A stretch of 64,000 bases of DNA, taken from positions 3,476,508-3,540,507 of the forward strand of contig MU058584.1 of the NCBI GenBank assembly GCA_013265495.1. Direction: 5' to 3'. Shown piece by piece: positions 1-12,579 of this stretch (the stretch's first letter is position 1; the number at the start of each line of letters is the position of its first letter). Made by a program: the position numbers and the translations under genes. The notes below the pieces were generated by a model that made no database searches, was not told the origin of the DNA, and worked only from the letters and a program-made list of their open reading frames with translations. This DNA comes from Vicugna vicugna (taxonomy: Eukaryota).

Positions 1-445
1 CACAGCCCTTGCAGCCACCCAGCTTCAACCATGCAGACAAGGACTCTGCCTTAGAGCAAGGTTGGCAGGCCTTATGTTGAGGGACAGATAGTAGATAGTT
101 TTAGTTTACAGGCCATATGGTCTCTGTACGAACTCTTCAACTCTGCTGTTGTAACACAAAAGCAGCCATGGACAATATGTAGACAAATGGGCATGGATGG
201 CTGTGTTTGCATAAAATTTATTTTTCTTAAATGGCGATGTGCTCATGGGCTTCAGTCTGCTGACTCCACTTTAAGAATCTACCTTAAGACAAAGCCACAG
301 ATAGCAGGAACTAGATCCCTGAATAGTCACATGGAACCATTACATCAGGCTGAATTGCTAACCTCTAGATTAATTCATGACAAAGAAATAACCTTTTTTC
401 TTATTTAAGCCACTTTCTGTTAGGGCCTCTTTGTTGTAGCATCTC
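1..445 (+). mobile_element. 3' part of an ancient ERVL/MaLR-type LTR (LTR16/MLT1-like), interrupted by MER58A
   Basis: Typical LTR16/MLT1 3' end 'aaagaaataacc...ttatttaagccact...gggcctctttgttgtagca' at ~380-440; 'cttcaaccatgcaga...gccttagag' upstream of the MER58A. Confidence 0.55.
56..270 (+). mobile_element. MER58A hAT-Charlie MITE
   Basis: Matches recalled MER58A consensus: 'ggccatatggtctctgt..aactcttcaactctgctgttgtaacacaaaagcagccatggacaatatgt...tggctgtgtttgcataaaatttattt'. Confidence 0.8.
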
Positions 446-699
446 CACCAATGCCTGTCTAGTAGCAATGAACTTGACATTCACTGGGCATTTGCTATGC
501 TCGGTGTACAGAGATAACTCAACAGTGGATTATCTAAGGGGCTTGCAGAAAAGCTATCTATTTTAGGTCTGTTAATGAGCTTGTTCAGTTTTTGCCACTT
601 TGTGACAATGTACTGTAGGGGATGTGTGTATGGCTATGGGAAGTTGTGAGCTCTGCTAATTTGCTGCAGAATGCTGGTGTGTGACAGATTGTTCACAGT

Positions 700-3138
700 T
701 ATCAGCCTCCCAATTTTCTCTGTGGAATGGAAGTTACTGTGGTTAAAAGTTAAAATCAATACATGTGAATGAGATGACAGGACCAACTCTGTATGGAAGG
801 TGGGCAGGATGTCCTTTTGTTAATGAAACAAAAGAGTGGTTTGGTCCTAAGCTATAATGACTGGTTGCTGCAGAATGAGAAAGAGGAGCAAGGAAGACCA
901 AACCTAAATGGATACAAAACCTCATAGAAGATTTGTAGAAAGGAAACTTTATGTGTTGTGGTCAAAGCTAGCTCAGATTTGATCGGTTTATTTATAAGAT
1001 TTCAAAAAGAACTTTTAGTATCAAATATTGTGCTGATGCAAAACTGGGATTGTTTTATCTCTGTTAAAATGGCAAACGTTTTCTTGGATCATTAGTCTGC
1101 TCTTAATATGAGGTTATAAAATGTTACTCTTTGCCTTCACAAAGGTTTTGTGTCTAAACAGAGTAACATTTTATGGTTTATGTTGATTTTCATATATCCT
1201 TGATGATTTAAGAAAATAAAAACTTCTCACTTAGGAAAGAGCTTAAGTTCTTTACAACCATGTTGCCTTCAATGTTTATTTTTTAATGTTTTATTGTCAC
1301 TTTGAAATGAGAAGCAAAATGATGTGTCTCCTGCACCCATGATCCAATTCTGTCTTAGGTGTTCAAATCTCCTAGCAACTTTTGATTTTTGTCTTTCCAA
1401 AATCCAATTATAAATAATATCTTTCACACTTAAAACTGTCTTTGAGATTTCCCAGAGGGCCCCTAGAAAATCACATGGAATTTGTTCTGTCACCCTGTGA
1501 AAAGAGAGGTGCTAGAAATAATAAAGTTTATTTGATATGCTGCTATTGATGAATTGCAACCAGAGTTGTCAAATCAGTTGTCAAATCAGAAGAGGTGCTT
1601 AGCTTCCCCTAGGTTAAATTTGTATGGGTGATATAACTCAGATTGTGTGTCATACAGGAGGTTCCTAGAGATTTGTCAGTGCCCTTGCTGTCTATAATGT
1701 GTTCCTATTTATCAGAGTCCTGGTTCTTCCCTTCCTTACATTAGACAACAACAATGTAGCATTGGTCATATTTTCAGTATTTTTTTTAAATGTTAACTTT
1801 GTTGCAACTTCACTGTTTAAATTTAAATCTAGCAACTACTAGGGCAATAGTTTTCAAGTGGAGCTTTATTATCTCTGGGGTTTTATTAACATCATTTACC
1901 TATAGAGCTTTATTAACCTACAGACATTTAAGACCTACTCCAGGCTTACAGAATCTCTTTACTTGGTATTCATTATTTATTCTTGACAGTTTCTAACTAA
2001 ACACTTGAAATCTTTATGGTGCATTATAATATGTTAAATATGAAGACTTTTTCTTTGTAAAGATTTTGTTTATATCTATTTTTATAAATTATATATAATA
2101 TTCACTCTTTGAAAATATGGTTAATCATTATATTCATTGATATTTTGTCTAAACATTTTGTTGGATTGAATTTTATCTTGTTTCGCACTGAAACAAATTC
2201 TTTTCTCAGTTGCATTATTCTTGCACAAACATTTTTCATGTCTTTCACCTTTGAAAGTCACAGGTAGATACACAAACTCTGTCTTGTTGGATAGAGATTT
2301 TGTTGGTTTCTCCCCTACCCTCCTGGAGAAACCTGGACTTGCTCCTGTTACCTCAATCAAATTGGTAATCTTTACCAAATTTTTAAATCCTTTTAATTTC
2401 CTTCAGTATCTTTCTACAAGCCTCCTAACAAACTTTTCCAATTTTCCTCCCTCCCACCTGGCTTAGAGTCTCTGAGAACTAAAACCTGACTGACCCGATC
2501 TCTACCAGGACTCTAGGCTGTCTTGTAGCTGACTCTTTCCCCTAAGATCTGAAGAGGCCCAGCAAGCTGAAACTCAACAACTTGCCATAAACTTCCAAGG
2601 GGCTCAGCACTGCAGCAGACCCTGCACAGGCCAGAATCCTTCCTGGACAAGCTGTGTCTGGACCACTAAGGGAGTCCAGAGAAATGCTCAGGTCTTACAT
2701 GCTCTTTCACAAGAGGTAACCAAGACAGTGGACAACATCACTAAGAGTACAGACATCCCAGCTAGAGAACTTCAAGAAACTCAGAAAGTAGAGCTGAATA
2801 ACCAAGAATTTTTCCTCCACCAACCTCTTGGAACCCATTGGGCTGGCTATCCTCAGAAATCAGCTCCTGGTTCTTTAATACACACGTCAATGCCAATATT
2901 TCCCTTTTTATTTTAAGCATCTCTCTTTCAAGATGCCTGATCTTCAGAACCCTAAAACAACTGATCTTCGCCACCATTTCTCAACAGATGGCTCAACTGG
3001 TTTTACAGGAACAACATCTAACAGTAATCCTCAGGGACATTTCCTAGCCCCTACTTTGCCCTCTCAAGAGGTTTATGATCACTTCTGAGTTGTTCAGCAA
3101 TGAATGATATTTGTCTTGAAAAAAAAATAAGGGGATTC
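700..3138 (+). mobile_element. Degenerate ERV1 (MER4/MER34-group-like) internal sequence with env TM remnant
   Basis: AT-rich MER4-int-like sequence at ~950-1700; env TM-like translation at 2728-3047; polypurine tract 'aaaaaaataagggga' directly before the 3' LTR. The 5' boundary is approximate. Confidence 0.6.
2728..3047 (+). pseudogene. env: Frameshifted ERV env transmembrane-subunit C-terminal remnant
   Basis: Overlapping frames give a heptad-like stretch (DNITKSTDIPARELQE), a Trp-rich membrane-proximal region (WLSSEISSWFF), a hydrophobic span (ISLFILSISLSRCLIF) and a tail (RTLKQLIFATISQQMAQLVL), immediately 5' of PPT and LTR. Confidence 0.5.
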
Positions 3139-3460
3139 TGATGATGTTAAATTATTTTCTGAGCCTTGTGCTCCCAGAAGGTTGCAACAGCTAAGAAATC
3201 CTCCTACCCTCTTGTGTTCCAAGAAGTGGCTAACCACAAAGGAACACCCGACCTTTGTATACTCCAATACCCATTTCCATCCTTCCTCCTGACTCCCGTA
3301 AGACTTGTTGATGACTCTCTTGTTTACCTGCTTTTACAAAACCTGTGTTCCTTTCCTTTTTTTTTTTTTTGAGATGTTTCTCATTAATGAGCATTCTCCT
3401 TATTGCAATAGCCTGAATAAAATCATATCCTTAGTTATCTGGTACATTTTGTCTTGCACA
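3139..3460 (+). mobile_element. ERV1 3' LTR (MER34/MER39-like)
   Basis: Starts TG after the PPT, ends CA; has 'ttattgcaatagcctgaataaaatcatatcctt...tctggtacattttgtcttgcaca' with AATAAA. Confidence 0.7.
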
Positions 3461-3489
3461 CTTTTCTTTCCTCTTATTTCTATGGTTGA

Positions 3490-3635
3490 GTTCTCTCAAG
3501 TTGTTCACCTCTATGAACCTCAGTGTCCTCATCTATAAGGATTATTACTTCCACTTCCAATAGGTCTGAAGATTGAATGAGATCATGCAGGGAAAGAATG
3601 AAGCTAGTCCAGGAGTAAGTGGTCAATAAGTATTA
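3490..3635 (+). mobile_element. MIR SINE fragment
   Basis: Core 'acctctatgaacctcagtgtcctcatctataa' and 3' part 'gattgaatgagat'. Confidence 0.65.
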
Positions 3636-4727
3636 GTCCTTATTCCTAGAGGAAAACGATGTCACTGCAATTGGTGTCCAGAGTGGAAGCTGATTAAAAG
3701 AGAGGGGATCAGTCAGAGTAACCTTGTCTCCACAAATGGGGAAACAATTCAGAGCAGGTACTTTGACACTTATGTGAACAGCACAGAGCAGGAGCACCAT
3801 TTCAGCTGGGGCAGAAACTATAGCACAAATGTATGTTGAAAGCATGTCTTCCTTCCTTCTAAAAAGTAGATATCCTGTTCCATTTGGATTTGTATGTGAT
3901 GGGAAGCCTGCTGCACATTAACAGTGATATTGTTAGAAAAACAATTTACCGTCACAAGCCAATGGCAAAGAGCATCTTAAATGGTAGCCATCTTCCCACC
4001 TTCGAGTGGCTGGCTGGTTAGGTGCCCACAATATAGGTTTACTAAATATTTCCAGGAAGGTCCTGATGATTCCGTCTGGCAAGCAAGAGTGCCAGGGCTG
4101 TGGGTTGTGTTCATTCCTCTGACCAGAAGAGCACAGGCCTAGGGACAGGATAAGAGTAGGTGACATTTCTGATGGTGCTGTATAAGGTTCTCCATGATTC
4201 TCCCAGGTCTTTGCGGAGCCCACTCTGGGCTGGCTGGCAAAGGCTGACAGCTTCTAAACACATTTCAGGGTTACAGGAAAGAAGAAAAACTGAAGAAACT
4301 GTGAACACTATGTGGACATTTACAAATGAGAGACAAAATTGCTTCTTGATGATTCAATTGGAAGCTCAAATGGCAGGAGTTAGCATTCACGGGATCCCCG
4401 TTTTAGATACACAAATGCAAAGTAATCAGAAAAACACTTGCTCCTGAAAAGGGTTCACCTTGGTGCTCCACACTCACTGCTGCGTGCACGAAGTTGTAAT
4501 CAGCCTGAATGTAAAATGAGCAAATTCTCAAGAGATGGGAATTTTAATCTCTGAGAAAGTGAGGCTGTGTTTGAGGACCTCCACAGAATTTGGCTAGGTT
4601 ATTTGCTGCTTTCTGTAACTCACCACTCTGTGGTCCTCCATGAAGTTTTCTCTCCCCATAGTTCCAATTCTTTCCTCCCTGCCATCGCCTTTTTCATTTA
4701 ATTCTCACCCCATCTGAGCCAAATTAT

Positions 4728-4969
4728 CCAGTTAGCGTAGTAGGCACAGTGCCTAGGGCCCACAAAACAAAATAGGTGTAAAACACATTTCTTTAAAAAT
4801 CAGGAAAAAAACCCCAAAATTTTAGGTCAAAGAAAATGTTTTAGTATACAGTATTAATATATTTATCTTTATTCCAGTGTATGAAATATAATTTAAAAAA
4901 CTGTTATGGAAGAAAGGGCCCATGGAAGCACATGTGCCTGGGGCCCAGGGAACTCATAGAACAGCCCTG
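4728..4969 (+). mobile_element. hAT-Tip100-type MITE (ORSL-like)
   Basis: 'gtaggcacagtgcctagggcccac...ttttaggtcaaagaaaatgtttta...gggcccatggaag...gtgcctggggccca...cagccctg'. Confidence 0.5.
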
Positions 4970-6641
4970 AGCATTCAGATTTGTTATTTGTAAGTGCTCT
5001 CAAACCCTTAGGGACACAGAAATTAAAGCATTACACTTGTTTTCTCCTACAGTAAAGCCAGCACGAACCACAACTAGCTTCCAGGCCTCCAGCCCTGGGT
5101 TGGGAACCCCTGCGGTTTGTAAGTAGCATCTCTTACCTCCAGGTTTCAGTCTTCCTCCTGGCTCCAGGCGTGGGATCTTGGTGTCAGCAGCCGCCCTCCA
5201 AGGTCTTTGGAAGCTGTCGAGTTTCTGGTGTCAGTGACCATCAGGAACCCTGATGTGAGTCTGATAGAGAAACCAGAGTTATGACTAAACTTACTATTGT
5301 TCCAAGAAAAAAAATCAAGGCACGTAGTCTGACGGATTTTCTTTCCCATGTTCGTGAATTTAAATTTTAACATTTATGTAACACTGTCTCTAAAAAGGCA
5401 GTCACATAATTCACAAATGACCTTTATGACAATAGTAAAATGATGTGAAAATAAATACCAAAACAGGCAAGTAGAGCCTATTTCACTAATCCCATATTTG
5501 AATATTTAATACCTATGGGGCCCAGGAGGCCCAGGACCCAGGGGCACAGGAGGCAGCAGTCTCCTTCCTTCACGAGAGCAGTGCCATAGATTGTAGTGAG
5601 AGCCTGGTTTCTCTTCCTTATCTTTTTTCGAGGCGCACAGTAGCCTGGCCCAAGAGTAATGGTAACGAGCATTTGAAGACTCCTACGATGTGTCACATCC
5701 TTTCATGAATTACATCTGAACAATCCAAACACTCTACAAAGTAGATATTAATGTTTTTCATTTTATAGACCAGAAGAATTGGGTAACTGGTCAATGACAT
5801 AGAGCTGGGGGAGTGGTGAAATTCTGATTCTGCTCAGCCTGACTGGAAAGGCCCTGGGGCTCAGATGTTTACTAGTAGCTGTGGGATGTTTACTGGGACA
5901 TTCAAAATTCAGAATGGAAATGAGCTTTCCAGGCAGGGGAGCCATGGGGTCTTGACAGGGGCCCGGAGAGACCCTCTCCTTAGCAGATGGCTCCCTCAGG
6001 CTCCTTAACTTCCCTATCAGGCCAGTTCAACCCCAGATGCCAAAGGTTGGGTCACGCAGCTCACTTGCCTCAGCTGCCCCTCTCTCTGCAGCTTCTGAGT
6101 TCAGCTCAAACCCCCACCGCTCCCCAGAAAATATGCTATAAGGACCTAGCCCACCCTGGCCTTTCCCTTCTCCAAATTCCTGCTATCCTTTTGAAAGTGG
6201 AGGAATTTATGCTTCATACTATGCAGGAAGAAAGATCAAATTCACATCCTCCTCCTGGGTTTCAGTTCTGAGCGATCTAAAGTAACAGTGAAGGAAGGTG
6301 TAAATTGTTCCTGACCATCATTCCTCTCTTTGTTGACACCCTGATCTGAAATCAGCTTTCCACCCCTGAGAAGGTCTATGGATACTCTATCAGCTGACAC
6401 CCCCAGCACACTAAGAAACAATGTAACTGCTCTTAGAGACCTTAAGTTTCCTCTTTTCTCTCTGGGTTCCCTGGGAACACAAGAGCTCTGTTTGAAAACT
6501 ATGTTGCAGCCTGACTAAGGAAGGTCATTTAATACAGGACCATTGGTAGCAAACTTCTAGAGGCTTTCTGCAAAGTCTGAATGTTCAGAAACCTGTTAGC
6601 GATTGAACGTGGACGTGTGAAGTCAATTAAGAATCAAGTAC

Positions 6642-7347
6642 GTGTTGGTGGGAATATAGTTTGGTGCCGCCATTATGGAAAACAGTATGGAGATTCTTCA
6701 AAAAACTAAAAATAGCCTTACTATATGATCCAGCAATCCCACTCCTGGGCATATATCAAGAGGGAACTCTACTTGAAAAGATACATTTACCCCAATGTTC
6801 ATAATAGCACTATTTACAATAGCCAAGACATGGAAACAATCTAAATGGTCATCGACAGACAGCTGGATAAAGAAGTTGTGGTGTATTTATACAATAGAAT
6901 ACTACTCAGTCATAAAATAATAAAATAAAGCCATTTTTAGCAACATGGATAGACCTGGAAATAGTCATTCTAAGTGAAGTAAGCCAGAAAGAGAAAGAAA
7001 AATACCATATACTATCACTCATGTGGAATCAAAAAAAAAAAAAAAGGACACAAATGAACTTATTTACAAAACAGAAACAAACTCACAGACATAGAAAACA
7101 AACTCATGGGTACTAGGGGGTAAAGGGGGTGGAAAGGGATAAATTGGGAGTTCTGAGATTTGCAGATACTAACTGCTATATATAAAATAAACAACAAGTT
7201 TCTCCCATATAGCTCAGGCAACTATATTCAATATCTTGTAGTAACCTATAGTGAAAGAGAATATATAGGTATATGCATGACTAAAACATTATGCTGTACA
7301 TCAGAAATTGATACAACATTGTAAACTGACTATACCTCAATTTAAAA
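6642..7347 (+). mobile_element. 5'-truncated L1 (ORF2 C-terminus and 3' UTR) with TSD
   Basis: L1 ORF2 3' end ('tatgatccagcaatcccactcctgggcatatat') and 3' UTR; imperfect 13-bp TSD aagaatcaagtac (6629-6641) / aataatcaagtgc (7348-7360) at a TT/AA site. Confidence 0.9.
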
Positions 7348-8256
7348 AATAATCAAGTGCAAATTTATGTATTCTCTGGTTCTTTTCATGTGTTCTGTTT
7401 AGTTCCTATCAACTAGCCCGTTAAGTTGTGGTGGGCATATAAGCAACTCTTTATGGGAAATCAACCTCAGGAGAAAACCCCTTTAAAGTGCCTTGTCACT
7501 TTAGCAAAGCTACATTGTAACTAACCTTATATCAGGCATCCCCATGCTCTACTCATCTCCAGCCCTAGTACACCTTTCAAATCTCCTGATCACTAATTTC
7601 CCTAACCTGTTCATTCTTTCTATAGATCAAAGAAGTAGAAATGAAGAGTCAGGAATTTACAGATGGCCAAATCTCTTCTCTGGTTTCCCCTCCAGTAATC
7701 TTGTGAACAGACTCTGTGAACAAGATAGCATCTAAAGAAAGATCACAAGGAGTCAACAAGTCTGCACACAGTGGGAGATGGTTACAAGTTTGATCCCCAA
7801 TCTCAATGATTAACTGAGATTACTTTCCCTTTTCCTCTTGAAAAATTGGCATATTCCAAAGTTATACAGGACTAATTTTTAAGTCCTCAAGTATCAGATC
7901 TTGAACCATGGCAGGTGGGGGAGAGACATGGAGAGGGGATAGTGGTAAATAATTCTAAGCCATCCTGCTTAGCACTCAAATGCCATAGTCAGCTCACATA
8001 TCATTTTCTCTCTTTTTAACACTTACTTATTTTTAAATAAAAAATATGAGTATAGTACAAAAGTAAAAATATTCAAAAAGGCTGATAGTAAAAGGTAGGA
8101 TTGTCTCTCATTCTTGTACCTCCTACCTACGTTCCTTCTCAAAAGACAATTGCTATTATCAGAATTATGATACACAAGAGTGTATCCTGACAGTCATATT
8201 CCATGCATATGCAAAAAATGTGTAAGTGTTTCCTCTTCTTTAAAACAGCAAATGTT

Positions 8257-8610
8257 CTTAGGTGCTCCTATATTGGGTGCATATATATTAATGAGTGTAA
8301 TATCCTCACCTTGTATTTCTCCTTTAATCATTATAAAATGTCCTTCTTTATCTTTATGGCTTTTGTGGGAGGGATAGACTGGGAGTTCAAAATTTGTAGA
8401 TACTGACAGGCATATGTAGAATAGATAAACAAGATCATACTGTATAGCACAGGGAAATACATACAAGATCTTGTGGTAGCTCACAGTGAAAAAATATGTG
8501 ACAATGAATATATGTATGTTCATGTATAACTGAAAAATTATGCTGTACACTGGAATTTGACACAACATTGTAAAATGACTGTAACTCAATAAAAAATGTT
8601 TTTTTAAAAA
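8257..8610 (+). mobile_element. Young L1 with 5' inversion: inverted ORF2 endonuclease fragment (8257-8366) joined to sense 3' UTR (8365-8610)
   Basis: TSD agcaaatgtt at 8247-8256 and 8611-8620; minus-strand translation KDKEGHFIMIKGEIQGEDITLINIYAPNIGAPK is L1 EN domain; the rest matches the L1 3' UTR at ~57946-58168. Confidence 0.9.
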
Positions 8611-8618
8611 AGCAAATG

Positions 8619-8964
8619 TTGGCATTCTGAGCTGGTTCTTTTACACTCTGATCTTTTTAATCAAGCAATATATAATATCTTAGAGGTCATGACAATTCAT
8701 ATTGAGTATTTTCATTCATTTCTGAATAGCTGTATAGTATTGAATTATAAGAATGTATCAATTTTTTTTAGGTTCTCTACTGGTAGATAGTTGGCATTCT
8801 GAGCTGACTCTTTTACACTCTGATCTTCTTTATTAAACAATATAGACTATCTTGGCGTTCATGTCAATTCATATTGAACAGTTTCATTTGTTTTTGAATA
8901 GCTATATAGTATTGAATCAAAAGAATGTATCATAATTTTTTAAAAGTTCTCTATTGGTAGATAG
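8619..8964 (+). repeat. Diverged ~172-bp direct tandem duplication (8619-8790 / 8791-8964)
   Basis: Both units start 'ttggcattctgagctg..tcttttacactctgatct' and end 'gttctcta.tggtagatag'. Confidence 0.9.
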
Positions 8965-10247
8965 TAAGATAGTTGCCAAAAGATTGCTTTTACAAGCAAT
9001 GCTATAATGAATAACTGTGTACATATCATTCATATGTATATTTGTATGCATGTGAGATAAAGTTCTAGAAGTGAGTTGCTGGATAAAAGAATATGTGCTT
9101 TATCATTTAATGAATATTGCCAAATTGCTTTCAATAAGGATTCTATTAACTTACCTCACCACCAGCTATGTAAGGAGAGTGCCTGTTACTCCACATTATT
9201 GCCAACACAGTATTTCCAAACATTTGATTTTATGCTATCTGGTTGGTAAAAAAAAAAAAAAAGGCTAACATTATCATTTCACTTTTCACTTCTTTTATGA
9301 ATGAGGTCAAGCATCTCTTTACTCTTAAGAGACGTTTGTAATTCATTTTCCCACTCACACTCTGATTTTTTAAAAAATTGAGTTGTTGACCTTTTATTGA
9401 TTAATACGAGTTCTTCAGATATTAATTAGCCTTCTATCTGTGATTTCAGTTGGACTCTTATTTTTACTAGTTTGTCAATTGCCTTTGACTTTTTAAGCAG
9501 TATTTTTTTCAACACGAACGATTTTATGTAGAATTGATCAGTCTTTTAAAAAAAATCTTTCTTTTTACTTAGGAATGTCTTTTCTACATCATTCTACCTT
9601 TTTAATGTCAGTTGATGTGTTGGATTTTTTTTTAGTTTTATCATTACTTTGTTTTCTGAGTTAGGAATTTCTGTTTTCATCTGTATTACTTTCCTCCTTT
9701 GCTTTTTAGACGTTTTATTATTCTTTTTTTACTTTCTTGATTACTTTACTTTTATTCCTTCATATTTATTAATGTAAGCTTATTTATGTGTATTTTCTTA
9801 TTTATTATTAAAATATTATGTAAGCATAAACTTTTCTTCTTGTTTATTAATATGATTATACATTTTAGAGCACTGCTCATAGATTGACATTGTCTTAACT
9901 ATTGTTTTGTTGATGAAATGCAATTTCACTTTTCCTTTTTGAACTAATAGTTGTATAAGGGAAAGGCTTTCTTATTTTTTCTAGCTTTGCTAATTGATTT
10001 TTAGTTCTGTTGTATTGTGGTCAGATAATAATGACTATACTCTTTCTACATTTTGGAATGTATTGATTTTTGGGGGTCCTAAAAAATGGTCAACTTTTGC
10101 AACTATTTTTGGGATCTTGTAAAAATTATGGTCAATTTTCACTACAGAATGCAATTACACATATTTTAGAATTATATATTACATATGACTTATATGACCC
10201 TAAAATTTTATGCACACATACACATACACACACATACACCACACTAT

Positions 10248-10626
10248 TGCATCAGTCAGAGTTCTACAGGGAACTAGAGAAAGAGATTTGTTTTAAGGAA
10301 GTGGCTAATCCAACAGCAGAGGCTTGGCAAGTCCAAAAAATCTGCAGGGTAGACCAGTAGACTTAAGACCCAGGCAAGTGTTACAGTTTGGGTCCAAGGG
10401 CAGTCTGCTGGCAGAGTTTCTTCTTGTTCACAGGAGGTAAGTCTTTGTTCTATTAAGGCCTTCAACTGATTAAACAAAGCCCACCCATATTATGGAGGGT
10501 AATCTGCTTTACTCAAAGTTCACCAACTTCATCCAAAACCACTTTCACAGAAACATCCAGAATAATCTTTTACCAAATATTTGGGCACCACATTAACCAA
10601 GCTGACACATAAAATCAGCCATCAGA
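10248..10626 (-). mobile_element. MLT2-family (ERVL) solo LTR
   Basis: 'tgcatcagtcagagttct...aaggccttcaactgatt...gagggtaatctgctttactcaaagt...aagctgacacataaaatcagccatca' is the reverse complement of the MLT2 consensus. Confidence 0.85.
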
Positions 10627-11782
10627 ATTACACAAATTATGTCATACATAGTATAGAAGTATATAAAATATATATTTTAGAGTTTTATGTGTTTTGTTCT
10701 GGCAGTCATTTCTATTTCTGTATTTTTATATAATACACCAATCTTCTATTTCTGCAGATAGTATCTTGGCTATTTTCAATGAGGATACAATACTAGTGAT
10801 GAGATAATAATGATGACTTTTTCTACACTTTGGAATGTACTTCCTCATTTTCTTTTTACCCTCTTTCTTCCACACTATTCAATTTCCCTTTCTATATAAT
10901 TTTTTTCAGTTACACTTCCTATTTTCCCACATATTTATATGTTTATGACTTTGTCTAGCAGCTTGAGATAGTATATTTCTTACCTAACCATAAAAGATAA
11001 ATCATAATACATTATCTCTACCATTTGTCTTCATCTGCCCTCCTAAACTTTGCTAGTTGTTTCATATCTACATTGTACACTTGCCTAACATTTCATTTTG
11101 TTCTGTAACTCTAATGTCAACATCTGGTTGAAACTATGACTTCAAGTTAAGGATTCAATGCCCATTGATGTCTTTTACTGCCGTTTCTCCATTTAATTCC
11201 TAACTGAATGAAGTTTGTCCTCATGCTTTCTTCAAGAAGGACTCATGGTAAGTATTCTCTGAGTTTCAGTATGTTCAGTAGAGATTTTCATGCTGTCTTT
11301 ATATTTGAACTAATTTTTTCAGGGTATGAAATTCTTGGGTCACATCTCTACTCAAGGACCTTGAAAGCATTTATCACCTGTTTTATTCCCCCCATCACTT
11401 AACCATTTATCACTTAGTCCGCTTATCATTTAGCTTCTCTTTTTTTTCTCTATTTAGGTGACTCAATAAGTTTTGTCTATTTGCCCAAAAGATTTTTTAT
11501 CTTTGAAGTCCTGTAATTTTATCAGATTATCTCTGCTGTTTGCCTTTTCAACAGATACAGCCAAAATTTCTTTAATTATTGTTAAGTTTTATTTAACTGT
11601 ATCTTTAAATAATGTTTTTGTCCTTTTATCTGGATTATATTCTTTTAAGTCAGTAACTATGTATATCTTTACATTTCTTTTTTCTAATTCTCCTTAAGCA
11701 TTTATTTACTTTGATTTTTAAAAAAAATTTTATCTCATTTTGTTTGCTGTTTCTCTGTCTTGTTCTTTACATCTTTACTATG

Positions 11783-12456
11783 TTTTTATTTTATTTTATT
11801 TTATTTTATTGAAGTATAGTCAGTTTACAATGTTGTGTCAAGTTCTGGTGTACAGCATAATAGTTCAGTCGTACATATACATACATATATTCATTTTCAT
11901 ATTCTTTTTCATTATAGGTTACTACAAGATATTGAATCTAGTTCCCTGTGCTATACACTATAAACTTACTTATTTTATATATAGTAGTTAGTATCTGCAA
12001 ATCTTGAACTCCCAATTTATCCCTTCCCACCCTCTTCCCCTCCAGTAACGATAAGTTTGTTTTCTATGTCTGTGAGTTTGTTTATGTTTTGTAAATAAGA
12101 ATAAATTCATTTGTCTTTTTTCTTAGATTCTACATATAAATGATATCATATGGTATTTTTCTTTCTCTTTCTGGCTTACTTCACTTAGAATGACAATTTC
12201 CAGGTCCATCCATGTTGCTAAAAATAGCATTATTTTCTTCTTTTTTATAGCTGAGTAGTATTCCATTGTATAAATATACCACAACATCTTTATCTCTCAT
12301 CTGTCAAAGGACATTTAGGTTCTTTCTGTATCTTGACTATTGTAAATAGTGCTGCTATGAACATTGGGGTGCATGTGCCTTTTTGAATTAAGGTTCCTTC
12401 TGGATATATGCCCAGGAGTGGGATTGCTGGATCATATGATAAGTCTATTTTTAGTT
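11783..12456 (-). mobile_element. Young 5'-truncated L1 (ORF2 end and 3' UTR)
   Basis: (TTTTA)n tail, then antisense 3' UTR and ORF2 end ('ggatatatgcccaggagtgggattgctggatcatatg'); similar to the reverse complement of 6642-7347. No TSD found. Confidence 0.9.
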
Positions 12457-12579
12457 AAAATGGTAATTAAAATCTCAGAGGGGACCTTTAGATAAGGACC
12501 CGTGGCATCCGTGGCCAAACCAAGACATGAGACAGGGTGGGACAGAGCTAGCTCTGATCACCCTGGAAGTGGCCAAGAC

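Larger units (their letters stand above)
8000..11750 (-). mobile_element. Old, fragmented L1M (L1MC/ME-like) element with nested insertions
   Basis: Antisense L1 3'-end motifs ('gctataatgaataactgtgtacata', 'ttctagaagtgagttgctggataaaag', 'gaatattgccaaattgctttc') and T-rich antisense ORF sequence; boundaries approximate. Confidence 0.6.

Noticed and set aside
8194..8625. 143-aa ORF as a novel gene
   Set aside because: It is a chimera of antisense L1 3' UTR and an L1 endonuclease fragment created by the inversion.
10023..10839. ~38-bp direct repeat (agataataatga...tttctaca.tttggaatgta) at ~10023 and ~10802
   Set aside because: Short, diverged and inside decayed L1; likely a trivial local duplication.
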